Below, piece after piece: positions 18,706-28,503 of a stretch of 64,000 bases of DNA; within the stretch, counting starts at the first letter, position 1, and the number at the start of each line of letters is the position of its first letter. Source of the stretch: a virus; IMG/VR virus record IMGVR_UViG_3300028025_000091, positions 32,001 to 96,000 of that record. One strand, given 5' to 3'. A program made the translations under genes and the position numbers. The notes below the pieces were generated by a model. The model had not been told where the DNA came from, did not search any database, and saw only the letters and a list, made by a program, of their open reading frames with translations.

Positions 18706-20604
18706 ATGGCAAATACAGGACTATTTAGTAGACTACAACGATTATTTTCAACAGATGTAATCATCCGAAACGAAGGAGGATCAAAGTTGAAAGTAATGGA
18801 TGTTAATAAAATCCAAGTTTCGGGTGAATACGAAACAAATGCACTAATCGATAGGTTCAATAGAATCTACACTAACTCACACACATCAATTTATGGTTAC
18901 CAAAGCAGTTTTAATTACCAAACTTTACGCCCCACACTTTATTCCGAATACGATGCAATGGATACAGATGCTATCGTTGCTTCTGCCTTAGACATTATTG
19001 CTGACGAAAGTACATTACGTAATGATATGGGAGAAGTACTTCAAATCCGTAGTTCGGATGAAGATGTACAACAAATTCTATATAACTTATTTTATGATGT
19101 ATTAAACGTTGAATTTAACCTATGGCCTTGGATTCGTAACATGTTGAAATATGGTGATTTTTTCTTAAAATTAGAAATTGCTGAAAAATTCGGTGTATAT
19201 GGAGTAATTCCTTACAACGCATTCCATATCGAAAGACAAGACGGATATGACAGAGACCATCCAGCTTCTGTAAGATTTAGATTTGACCCAGATGGAATTT
19301 CTTCTCCTTCAGATTACGGTTACTACAATGTACCAAACGCTGGTGGACAAGCTAACTCAATTTATTTTGACAACTATGAAATGTCGCATTTCCGTTTGTT
19401 AACGGATACTAACTTCTTACCTTACGGTAGATCTTATTTGGAACCAGGACGTAAATTGTTTAAACAATATACGATGATGGAAGATGCGATGTTGATTCAC
19501 AGAATTGTTCGTGCGCCTGAAAAACGTATATTCTACATCAACGTTGGTAATATTGCACCTGCTGAAGTAGAAAATTTCATGCAGAAAACAATTTCTAAAA
19601 TGAAACGTACTCCATATATTGATCAACAAACAGGTGATTATAACTTGAAGTACAACATGCAAAACTTACTTGAGGATTTCTATATCCCGGTTCGTGGAAA
19701 TGATCAAGCAACTAAAATTGATAACTTAGGTGGTTTACAATACGATGGAATCCAGGATGTTGAATACTTAAGAGATAAATTATTTGCTGCCCTTAAGGTG
19801 CCTAAAGCATTTATGGGTTACGAAAAAGATTTGACAGGTAAAGCTACATTAGCCGCTGAAGACATCAGATTCGCACGCACAATTGAACGCATTCAACGAA
19901 TTGTAGTATCTGAGTTGACTAAGATAGCATTGGTTCACTTATACGCTCAAGGTTATACCGATGAATCATTGACAAACTTTGAATTATCGTTAACTACTCC
20001 TTCTATCATTTACGATCAAGAAAGAATCGCGTTGATGAAAGAAAAAGTTGAATTAGCTAACTCGATGATGGAAGCTAAATTATTACCTACTGACTATATC
20101 TATGAAAATATCTTCCACTTAAGTGAAGATCAATACGATGAATATAGAAACTTAATTGCTGAAGATGCTAAACGCAAATTCCGATTAGCTCAAATTGAAA
20201 ACGAAGGTAATGATCCACTTGAAACAGGAAAATCATATGGTACTCCACACGATTTAGCAGCGCTATATGGTAGAGGTAGATACGATGCAGGTGAAGTACC
20301 TGTTGGATATGATGAAGAAGCTGAATTAGGAAGACCTGAAGAAAAAGTAACTGATAGAGGTACTCAAGACAATGCTTTGGGTAAAGATAGAATCGGATCT
20401 GTAGGTATGAAAAAAGATGGAGATGAATCAGATTCAATAAAACCTAAATTTCAAGGCGGTTCACCTTTAGCGCTAGAGACGAAAACTAAACGAAATCCTA
20501 ACTCAAGAATGTTCAATGATATTAAAAATCAGAAAAAACAAATGATTTTTGAATCGGATATTAAAGGAAACTCGTTATTAGATGAGTCACAGATACGAGA
20601 GTAA
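18706..20604 (+). CDS. Portal protein (T4 gp20-like)
   Basis: EDAMLIHRIVRAPEKRIFYINVGN, EDFYIPVRG and LFAALKVP. Confidence 0.93.
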   Translation: MANTGLFSRLQRLFSTDVIIRNEGGSKLKVMDVNKIQVSGEYETNALIDRFNRIYTNSHTSIYGYQSSFNYQTLRPTLYSEYDAMDTDAIVASALDIIADESTLRNDMGEVLQIRSSDEDVQQILYNLFYDVLNVEFNLWPWIRNMLKYGDFFLKLEIAEKFGVYGVIPYNAFHIERQDGYDRDHPASVRFRFDPDGISSPSDYGYYNVPNAGGQANSIYFDNYEMSHFRLLTDTNFLPYGRSYLEPGRKLFKQYTMMEDAMLIHRIVRAPEKRIFYINVGNIAPAEVENFMQKTISKMKRTPYIDQQTGDYNLKYNMQNLLEDFYIPVRGNDQATKIDNLGGLQYDGIQDVEYLRDKLFAALKVPKAFMGYEKDLTGKATLAAEDIRFARTIERIQRIVVSELTKIALVHLYAQGYTDESLTNFELSLTTPSIIYDQERIALMKEKVELANSMMEAKLLPTDYIYENIFHLSEDQYDEYRNLIAEDAKRKFRLAQIENEGNDPLETGKSYGTPHDLAALYGRGRYDAGEVPVGYDEEAELGRPEEKVTDRGTQDNALGKDRIGSVGMKKDGDESDSIKPKFQGGSPLALETKTKRNPNSRMFNDIKNQKKQMIFESDIKGNSLLDESQIRE

Positions 20605-20615
20605 AAAAACTTCAT

Positions 20616-20625
20616 ATATTTATAA
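20616..20625 (+). promoter_or_regulatory. Putative late promoter ATATTTATAA (head genes)
   Basis: Intergenic exact motif match. Confidence 0.7.
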
Positions 20626-20643
20626 ATAAACAAATATAACAGA

Positions 20644-21501
20644 ATGCAAGTTAAACATTCAAAGTATAAAAATACTGGTATCCTTTTCGAACTATTAGTT
20701 CGTCAAATCACCACAGATACATTAGATGGTAAGGATTCACCGGCTAAAGATATACTAAAAAAATATTTCGTTAAAACGGAATTGGGTCGTGAGTACAAGT
20801 TATATGAAACGTTATTGAAAAAAACATCGTTAACTGAAGCTAAAGCAAATATTGTTGTTAGTACATTAACTGAATCTTCACTTACCTTAAATAGAGGGGT
20901 TATTAAACGTCAAAAATATAATCTGATTAGCGAAATCCAAAAACATTATGATTTAAATGAATTTTTTAATCATAAGCTTCCTAATTATAAAGTATTTGCT
21001 GCGTTTTATACGTTGTTAGAAATTACTAACACACCTAAAAACGCTGACCTTGACCAAACGATCAACAATAAAGTGACTATTTTAGAACACTTAACTGCTG
21101 CTCAAATTACAGAAGGTAAAGTACGTGATGAAGTGATGGATGAATTCAATAATGTTGATAAAGATGTACGTTTATTAGCTTATAAAATGCTTTTAGAAAG
21201 TTTCAATACTAAATACGATACATTACATACTAAACAAAAAGAAATTCTTAAAGAGTATATTACTTCAATTGATAATACTTCTCGTTTAAAAGAATTCTAT
21301 ACTAATAAAATTAATGAAATTAAAGAAACATTAACTTCATTAAATGAAAATACTAAAAACGAAGTTACCAAAATCAAAATCAACGAAATTATTAATATCA
21401 TTACCATTCCAGCTAAAAATGCTAAGATAAATGATGATAATCTAGTTGATTTGTTACAATATTACGATTTAATTAATGAATTAGAAACTGTAAATGTCTA
21501 A
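20644..21501 (+). CDS. Conserved head-assembly region protein
   Basis: Lies between portal and protease, has a late motif, and starts KHSKYKNTGILFELL. Confidence 0.6.
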   Translation: MQVKHSKYKNTGILFELLVRQITTDTLDGKDSPAKDILKKYFVKTELGREYKLYETLLKKTSLTEAKANIVVSTLTESSLTLNRGVIKRQKYNLISEIQKHYDLNEFFNHKLPNYKVFAAFYTLLEITNTPKNADLDQTINNKVTILEHLTAAQITEGKVRDEVMDEFNNVDKDVRLLAYKMLLESFNTKYDTLHTKQKEILKEYITSIDNTSRLKEFYTNKINEIKETLTSLNENTKNEVTKIKINEIINIITIPAKNAKINDDNLVDLLQYYDLINELETVNV

Positions 21502-21994
21502 ACTTAAAGAAATAATTCGTAAAAAACTTAAAGAAGTAAGCGCTACCGGAATGGGTGGCGCTACTGCTATTCCTGGTGAAGGTATAGGAATGGCTACTAA
21601 ATATGCCTTTAAAAAAACTAAAATTAAAGAAGGACCTGGAGCTACTTTAGGTATGGGTCCAAGTGCTGGTTCCGAAGGTGTAAAAGATAATGCTTACGTA
21701 AAGCAATTTAAATATAAACTAGTACCTAAAAAAATTAAAGGATCTGGTTTAGAAGTTAAACAACTTTGGGAAGAAGATATACTAAACGAAGTAAATGAAT
21801 TTCAACAAAAACGTTTAGATGCATTAGATGAAATTGAAACATTAATGAATGAAATAGGTCCATTAATTTCAAACGCTAAAAACGAAACAATTGAACTATA
21901 TAGCGGAAACGCAGGTTCGTATGACATAACAAAACCAATTGAAATGGTAAAGAGTTATCTCCAAGACATAAAACAACTATTATCAGAAAAATAA
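21494..21994 (+). CDS. Hypothetical head-region protein with leader MSKLKEIIRKKLKE
   Basis: Position; IKE and LNE sites separate short modules. Confidence 0.6.
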   Translation: MSKLKEIIRKKLKEVSATGMGGATAIPGEGIGMATKYAFKKTKIKEGPGATLGMGPSAGSEGVKDNAYVKQFKYKLVPKKIKGSGLEVKQLWEEDILNEVNEFQQKRLDALDEIETLMNEIGPLISNAKNETIELYSGNAGSYDITKPIEMVKSYLQDIKQLLSEK

Positions 21995-23433
21995 TGAAAA
22001 AGACACTACAAGATCAGTATTTGTTAATTAAAGAAGGTAAAGGACACAAAGGTGTTTTTTTAACTGAAGCAAAACGTCAATTCCCTAATATCGTTCGTAA
22101 CGCAGCTACATTTGATGAAGCCGCAGCATCTCTTATTACTAAAAACATTATTACAGAAAATGTAATTGGTTTATCGGTAGTTGCTGGATATGAGCCTAAG
22201 AAAAAAGAATCATACGAAACCGCATTTGAAAATTTCTTAGCAGAGGCTGCTAAAAAGAAAGAAAATGAAGACGAAAAAGTAAAAGCTGAAGAGAAAAAAG
22301 TATCTAAAAAAGTTGAAGAAGATGCTTCCCATAACTTCAATAATTCAGATGAAAAAAATCCTGATAATATGATCTTTGGTCAAATTATGATGGGTTATTA
22401 TGCTGAAATGAAAGATCCTAAAAATGCTGATAAAACGATGCAAGAATTAAAAGACATCGTATTTAAAAATTTATCAAAAGACCCAATTTACTATACAAAA
22501 GATGGTCAATTCGGAGTTAAAGATTTAGGATATACAACTGAAGCGCCTGCTTTAGGTGAACCAAAAGAAGCTAAAGGAAAATACAAATCATCAGGATATG
22601 GTGATTTAAAAGAAGGTGTAGAGAAATTTATGTCTGATGTTAAAGATGCTGTAACTAAAAAAGGTGATAGCAAATTTACACCTGAAGAAATTAAAGCTAA
22701 ATTAAAAAAGAAACGCGAAGAAGAACTTGATCGTAGAAAAAAAGCAGGTGAATCACTTGAAGAAATTACATTACGTGAAGTAATTCAAAATATGATTGAT
22801 GAAGAATTAAATAGAGACGAATATAAAGATGCTTTATTTAAAATGGAACAACCACATTTAAATGATAAAGAAGCATTAGATAATATTCAACAAATATATA
22901 AATCCCATATTGCTGGATTAAATTCAATTAGTCAAGATTTAAAAGAAGGTGTAGAAAAAGATTTAGCTGCTATTAATAAAGAAGCAGAACATGAAGTTCT
23001 ACAATCTAAATTAGAAAAAATTCAAGCACTTATCGACAAAAAACAATCCCAACTAACCAAATTAGATGAGGATGAAGATATGAAAAATCTTACTGACGAT
23101 AAAAAAGTTAAAGAAATTTCAAAAGACATTAAAGCTCTAGAAAAAGCAAAAGCTAAATTAGAAAAATTGATGGGTAAAAAAGGTGGTAAAGCTAAAAAAG
23201 TAGAAGTCATTGATGAGATGGATAATGCTGAAGAAGCTGTAGCTGACATTGCTCCTGAATATATTGAAGATGCTGATAAAAGATTAAGAGCTGGAGAAGA
23301 AATTGATTCAATTCTTAGCAACTATCAAAATTTATCATTTGATGATAGAAATCATTTAAGAAATTACCTTGACTGGAAACAATCCTCAGACATTGGACAA
23401 AGTGAAGAATTAGGAGCTGAAGACCAATACTAA
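21994..23433 (+). CDS. Charged coiled-coil head/core protein
   Basis: K/E-rich, repeated DLKEGVEK, many L/I-x-E sites. Confidence 0.6.
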   Translation: MKKTLQDQYLLIKEGKGHKGVFLTEAKRQFPNIVRNAATFDEAAASLITKNIITENVIGLSVVAGYEPKKKESYETAFENFLAEAAKKKENEDEKVKAEEKKVSKKVEEDASHNFNNSDEKNPDNMIFGQIMMGYYAEMKDPKNADKTMQELKDIVFKNLSKDPIYYTKDGQFGVKDLGYTTEAPALGEPKEAKGKYKSSGYGDLKEGVEKFMSDVKDAVTKKGDSKFTPEEIKAKLKKKREEELDRRKKAGESLEEITLREVIQNMIDEELNRDEYKDALFKMEQPHLNDKEALDNIQQIYKSHIAGLNSISQDLKEGVEKDLAAINKEAEHEVLQSKLEKIQALIDKKQSQLTKLDEDEDMKNLTDDKKVKEISKDIKALEKAKAKLEKLMGKKGGKAKKVEVIDEMDNAEEAVADIAPEYIEDADKRLRAGEEIDSILSNYQNLSFDDRNHLRNYLDWKQSSDIGQSEELGAEDQY

Positions 23434-23434
23434 G

Positions 23435-24067
23435 ATGAATAAACAACTACTAATAGAAACCAGACATTTCAGTCCAAAACCACTTACGTTATTGGAAGGA
23501 ATGAAAACCAACGGAAATGTTTTCGTTGAAGGAATATTGGCTACAGTTGAAGTTAAAAACGGTAATGGCCGTTATTACCCTAGAGAATTATGGGAACGTG
23601 AAATCGACAATTTTGCACGTAAAATCCAAATGAAATCTACTGAGACATGTGGTGAATTAGACCATCCTGACTCGCAAGTAATCAACCTTAAAAACGCATC
23701 TCATGCGATACGTGAATTGTATTGGAAAGGTGATGAAATATGGGGTAAAGTAGAAATTTTCTCTGATATGGGTGATTTAGGTACCTCATCTGGTCGTATA
23801 GCTGGAGCGTTAGTTAAAAATGGCCTATTGATTGGTATTTCTTCTCGTGGAATGGGTTCATTAAAACAAGTTGGTGAAATAATGGAGGTACAAGATGACT
23901 TCGAATTATTAACTTGGGATTTAGTTTCCAACCCATCAAATCCAGATTCATGGATGAAAAACGGTGCGTTAAACGAATCACGTACTACATATTTAGATCC
24001 ATACGCTAAAACAAACTCACTTATTACCGAAATTTTATGTGCTAAAGGCACGTGTCCTATATTTTAA
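23435..24067 (+). CDS. Prohead protease (T4 gp21-like)
   Basis: KNGNGRYYP, GELDHP, SH, GISSRGMGS and WDLVSNPS. Confidence 0.93.
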   Translation: MNKQLLIETRHFSPKPLTLLEGMKTNGNVFVEGILATVEVKNGNGRYYPRELWEREIDNFARKIQMKSTETCGELDHPDSQVINLKNASHAIRELYWKGDEIWGKVEIFSDMGDLGTSSGRIAGALVKNGLLIGISSRGMGSLKQVGEIMEVQDDFELLTWDLVSNPSNPDSWMKNGALNESRTTYLDPYAKTNSLITEILCAKGTCPIF

Positions 24068-24090
24068 AATATGCAAACCGGTGAAAAACT

Positions 24091-24116
24091 AGCCCTCATT
24101 TGAGGGCTTTTTTTTT
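24091..24116 (+). terminator. Rho-independent terminator after the protease
   Basis: AGCCCTCA..TGAGGGCT hairpin followed by a T run. Confidence 0.8.
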
Positions 24117-24255
24117 CTTTGTGACTTTGAATATATCAACACATACATATAACCCGAATATGTCACTCCCTCACACTATCATGTGACATCAATTAAATGA
24201 ATTCTATTACGTTTTATAATAAACGTACTTTCCCAACAAAATTAATTTAGGAAAA

Positions 24256-25491
24256 ATGGCAACAAACAGAGAAATGCTTAAAGAAGCAATCGCTGACGCT
24301 AAAGCTGTTAAAGAAACTGCAATAGCAAACGCAAAAGCTGCTCTAGAAGAAGCCTTCGCACCTCAATTGAAATCAATGTTATCAATGAAACTTCAAGAAA
24401 TGGAATCCGAAGAGGAAGAAATTAAAGAAGCTGGATTTGGAGATTTTGACACTAAAGAAAACACTACATTCAATACAATGGGTGAAAAAGCTTTAGATGA
24501 AGAAGAAGACATGACGAATGAAATTGATTTGGAAGAACTTTTAGCGGAGCTAAACGAAGAGGAAGATGTGGAAGAATCTATCAACGAAGCCGAAGAAGAG
24601 GAAGAAGACGAAGAGTCTGAAGAATCTGAAGAAGGTGAAGAAGAAGGTGAACCAATCGAACTCGAAGACATGACAGACGAAGATCTAAAAGACATGATCG
24701 AAGATGTTATTAAAGACATGATTTCATCCGGAGAACTTGAAGCTGGTCACGAAGGTGGAGAAGGCGAAGAAGAAGGTGAAGAATCAGAAGAAAGCGAAGA
24801 AGAAGAAATCGACTTAGCAGAATTATTAAGAGAAATCGAAGAAATGGAAGAACCAGTAGACGAAATCTTTGGAATTAAACCAGGTGCAGTTAGACGTTTA
24901 GAAAAGTCAATGCCTGGATTCTTAGACAAAGTTAAAGCTATGGATTCCCCAGAAGAGAAAGCAGCTGCATTAAAAGCAATTGCTGATCCTGCAGGTGAAT
25001 TCAAACGTGGATTCGAAAGCGCTTCATCTTGGATGAATGATGTATCTTCAATCTTTGACTATGTAGGTGCTAGAAGCCCATTCAAAACCTCAGTAGGTGA
25101 TACAGGTGTACCATCTCCATCAGGTGCGAATGAAGCTATGAAAGCTGAATTAGACGAAGCTATTTCAACAATCGAAGCTCTTAAGTCTGAATTGAACGAA
25201 ATCAATTTGTTAAATGCTAAATTGCTTTACACAAATAAAATCTTCAAAGCTAAAAACTTGAATGAAAGTCAAAAAGTGAAAGTGTTAAGTTCTTTTGACA
25301 AAGCTAAAAACGTAGGTGAAGTGAAAATGGTATTTGAAACATTAAACGAGGGTATTAAAGTTTCTAAAAACATCATTAAAGAAAACCTAGGTAGTGCTTC
25401 TAAAGGAACAATGACGCCTAACGTTAAAAAACCAATCGTAGAGTCAAACGAGGCATTCTTAAGAATGCAAAAATTGGCTGGAATTATTTAA
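24256..25491 (+). CDS. Prohead scaffold/core protein
   Basis: Very acidic coiled coil directly before the capsid gene; LNEINLLNAKLLY and C-terminal RMQKLAGI. Confidence 0.8.
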   Translation: MATNREMLKEAIADAKAVKETAIANAKAALEEAFAPQLKSMLSMKLQEMESEEEEIKEAGFGDFDTKENTTFNTMGEKALDEEEDMTNEIDLEELLAELNEEEDVEESINEAEEEEEDEESEESEEGEEEGEPIELEDMTDEDLKDMIEDVIKDMISSGELEAGHEGGEGEEEGEESEESEEEEIDLAELLREIEEMEEPVDEIFGIKPGAVRRLEKSMPGFLDKVKAMDSPEEKAAALKAIADPAGEFKRGFESASSWMNDVSSIFDYVGARSPFKTSVGDTGVPSPSGANEAMKAELDEAISTIEALKSELNEINLLNAKLLYTNKIFKAKNLNESQKVKVLSSFDKAKNVGEVKMVFETLNEGIKVSKNIIKENLGSASKGTMTPNVKKPIVESNEAFLRMQKLAGII

Positions 25492-25517
25492 TTTTAAACT
25501 AAAAACAAAAAACAAAA

Positions 25518-27239
25518 ATGTCAAGTATTAATTCATTACTAGAAAGCGCAGCAAGTGGGTGGAAAAACCTACAAAGCGACGCAGCTCGTATGTCCTCAAA
25601 ATGGGGTAAAACGGGATTATTAGAAGGATTAGGAAGCGAAGTTGATAAAAACAACATGGCTATGATCCTTGAAAACCAAGCAAAACAATTGGTTGTTGAG
25701 CAATCTTCAACTCAAGCAGGAGGTTCAGGATTTACAACTGGAACCGGTGAAAACTGGGCTGGAGTAGCTCTTCCATTGGTACGTAAAGTATTTGGTTCTT
25801 TATCAACTAAAGAATTCATGTCTGTACAACCAATGAATTTGCCATCTGGACTTGTATTCTTCTTAGATTTCCAATATGGTGATTCTAACGGTAAAGCAGC
25901 TCCTACGGGTCCATTTGGTCCTGGTGGAAATCCTTACGGTGCTACATCTTCAATGTACGGTAACACTAACCCAGGTGTTAATGCTGATGCATCTCAAGGT
26001 TTGTATGGTGCAGGTCGTTTTGCATACTCAATCAACCAATTCTCAGCTTCTGTAGCTACAACTCGTACAACTGCTCTTTGGCAAGATGTAGATTATGATA
26101 CAACTTTATCTGCTTCTATAGCTGCTGGTAATTATTCAAAAGTTACTGTTACTGTTGGTGCTGGTACTAACGCATTACGCCCTGATTTCAAAGGTGTTCG
26201 TGCATTCGTATTAGCTTCAGGTTCAGCAACTACTCCTCAAGCTGTACCAGTTGCTAACTTGTTACCTCAATATACAGCTACTGACGGAACTTCTACAGTT
26301 TCATTCATATTCTCAGGATCTGCAAGTGGTCCAGGTGGTGGTGTACCAGGTACTGGTTCAGCAACTACAAACAACTCATTGTTCTACAACGTTCAACCAG
26401 CTGATAACTACAGAGGTGACTTCGAAGATAGCAATGGTGCTGGTTATCCAAATGCTGATTCTACATCTTCTGATCAATTAGCTATTCCACAGATTAACAT
26501 CAACATGAAATCTGAAGCTATTGTTGCTAAAACACGTAAATTGAAAGCACAATGGACACCAGAATTTGCTCAAGATTTGAACGCATACCAATCATTGGAT
26601 GCTGAAGCTGAGTTAACATCTATCATGTCTGAGTACATCGCTCTTGAGATCGACTTAGAAAACTTAGATATGTTGATTCAAGATGCATCTGCTTGGGATG
26701 AGTACTGGTCAGCTAAAAACAACAACTATTTGAACGCAGGTAAAACAGCTTGGGCTGATGATGCTGGTTACTACAACACACAAGGTCAGTGGTTCCAAAC
26801 TTTAGGTACTAAAATGCAGAAAGTTAGTAACAAAATCCACCAGAAAACTCTTCGTGGAGGTGCTAACTTCTTATTATGTTCTCCTTCAGTAGCAACTATC
26901 TTGGAATCAATCCCAGGATTTGCTGCAGGATCTGATGGTGATGTAACTAAAGCGTCTTACGCATTTGGTATCCAGAAAGCGGGTCAAATGAATAACCGTT
27001 ACACAGTTTACAAAAACCCTTACATGACAGAAAACTTGATCTTGATGGGTTATAGAGGAGCTCAATTCCTTGAAACTGGTGCGGTATTTGCTCCATATGT
27101 TCCATTAATCATGACACCTCTTGTGTACGATCCAACTACATTTACTCCACGTAAAGGTTTATTGACTCGTTACGCTAAGAAAATGATCCGTCCGGAATTC
27201 TTCGGTCGTATCTGGGTTAACGATTTGAACGTAATCTAA
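25518..27239 (+). CDS. Major capsid protein (T4 gp23-like)
   Basis: ILENQ, LPLVRKVF, VQPMNLPSGLVF, AKTRKLKAQWTPEFAQDL, FAPYVPL and TRYAK. Confidence 0.95.
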   Translation: MSSINSLLESAASGWKNLQSDAARMSSKWGKTGLLEGLGSEVDKNNMAMILENQAKQLVVEQSSTQAGGSGFTTGTGENWAGVALPLVRKVFGSLSTKEFMSVQPMNLPSGLVFFLDFQYGDSNGKAAPTGPFGPGGNPYGATSSMYGNTNPGVNADASQGLYGAGRFAYSINQFSASVATTRTTALWQDVDYDTTLSASIAAGNYSKVTVTVGAGTNALRPDFKGVRAFVLASGSATTPQAVPVANLLPQYTATDGTSTVSFIFSGSASGPGGGVPGTGSATTNNSLFYNVQPADNYRGDFEDSNGAGYPNADSTSSDQLAIPQININMKSEAIVAKTRKLKAQWTPEFAQDLNAYQSLDAEAELTSIMSEYIALEIDLENLDMLIQDASAWDEYWSAKNNNYLNAGKTAWADDAGYYNTQGQWFQTLGTKMQKVSNKIHQKTLRGGANFLLCSPSVATILESIPGFAAGSDGDVTKASYAFGIQKAGQMNNRYTVYKNPYMTENLILMGYRGAQFLETGAVFAPYVPLIMTPLVYDPTTFTPRKGLLTRYAKKMIRPEFFGRIWVNDLNVI

Positions 27240-27265
27240 TCGATAGTAAATGATCGAATGTAAAG

Positions 27266-27290
27266 AGCCGGACGAAAGTCCGGCTTTTTT
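27266..27290 (+). terminator. Rho-independent terminator after the capsid gene
   Basis: AGCCGGAC-GAAA-GTCCGGCT followed by TTTTT. Confidence 0.9.
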
Positions 27291-27326
27291 ATTTTCCCCC
27301 CAATATTTATTAGCAAATATAGTTAT

Positions 27327-28025
27327 ATGAACGATTTTAATAGAACGCCACAAGCGCAAGAGGTTTTTAAAGCAAAAAGAAAACCTAAAGGTCCAATCAA
27401 GTTTGAAATTCAATTAAATGAAGAACAGAAAAGGGCAAAAGAACAAATCCTAAACAATACCGTTACAGTATTAAAAGGTAAAGCAGGTTCTGGTAAATCG
27501 CTCTTAGCGGCTAACATAGCACTTGACTTATTATTTAGTAGAGAAATCGAAAAGATTATCATTACTCGACCAACTGTAGTAGCAGGACAAGACATTGGTT
27601 TCCTACCAGGAGACGTTAATGAAAAACTGGCCCCATTTACAGCTCCAGTGTATGAAAACATGCATCGATTATATAATAAAGAAAAAATCGAAAAATGTAT
27701 TTCCGAAGGTGAAATTGAAATAGTTCCTGTATCGTTTATGCGAGGTAGAAACTTTACTAATTGTTTGGTTGTAATTGATGAAGCACAAAACTTAACAGAT
27801 ACACAAACCGAACTATTGTTAACTCGTATTTGTCACGGGTCAAAAATGATATTTTGTGGTGATGCTGCTCAAATTGACTTAAAAGACAGAAAGCAATCAG
27901 GATTTGACGTTGTATGTAAGCATATGAAAGATGTTCCTGGATTTGAGGTAATCACATTAGAGAAAAACCATAGACACGAGATTGTAGAGTTTATTTTGGA
28001 TGTATATAAGAATCTTAGAGCATAA
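27327..28025 (+). CDS. phoH: PhoH-family ATPase
   Basis: GKAGSGKS, TRP, GFLPG, FMRGR, DEAQN, GDAAQID and HRH. Confidence 0.92.
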   Translation: MNDFNRTPQAQEVFKAKRKPKGPIKFEIQLNEEQKRAKEQILNNTVTVLKGKAGSGKSLLAANIALDLLFSREIEKIIITRPTVVAGQDIGFLPGDVNEKLAPFTAPVYENMHRLYNKEKIEKCISEGEIEIVPVSFMRGRNFTNCLVVIDEAQNLTDTQTELLLTRICHGSKMIFCGDAAQIDLKDRKQSGFDVVCKHMKDVPGFEVITLEKNHRHEIVEFILDVYKNLRA

Positions 28026-28070
28026 AATGTAAATCAAGGGTTCTATTCATATTTATAACAAAAACCCACA

Positions 28071-28496
28071 ATGGCTAACTTATACATAACAGTTACTGAG
28101 GAAATTACTTTAGCTAATAATGAAACTCAAAAAGTAACCACCCCAACAATAATTTCTAATATTAACTATGTTGATACAAGAAATATGAATTGCCCTACAG
28201 GATCACAAACATCAATTTTTTCCTTAGGAGCAACCCCAGGTGCTGGTACTTTTGTAACTAGTAGTTTACAATATGCTAGAATAACTAATTTATCAACCTC
28301 CACAGTAAAATTATCAATAGAGGCTCCTACAACAGATGTAAGTTTTTTAGTATCTGCTGGTAATTCTTTTTATGTATCTACTAGTAAAATAACAGGTAGT
28401 ATAGATAATGTTTTTACTTTAGAAGATATCCAAAATGTTTACATTGAATCTTCTGGATCATCTGCTCAAATTGAATATTTTATCGCTACAAACTAA
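28071..28496 (+). CDS. Beta-rich hypothetical virion protein
   Basis: Late motif at 28049; S/T-rich; lies between head and neck genes. Confidence 0.55.
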   Translation: MANLYITVTEEITLANNETQKVTTPTIISNINYVDTRNMNCPTGSQTSIFSLGATPGAGTFVTSSLQYARITNLSTSTVKLSIEAPTTDVSFLVSAGNSFYVSTSKITGSIDNVFTLEDIQNVYIESSGSSAQIEYFIATN

Positions 28497-28503
28497 TTAA
28501 CCT

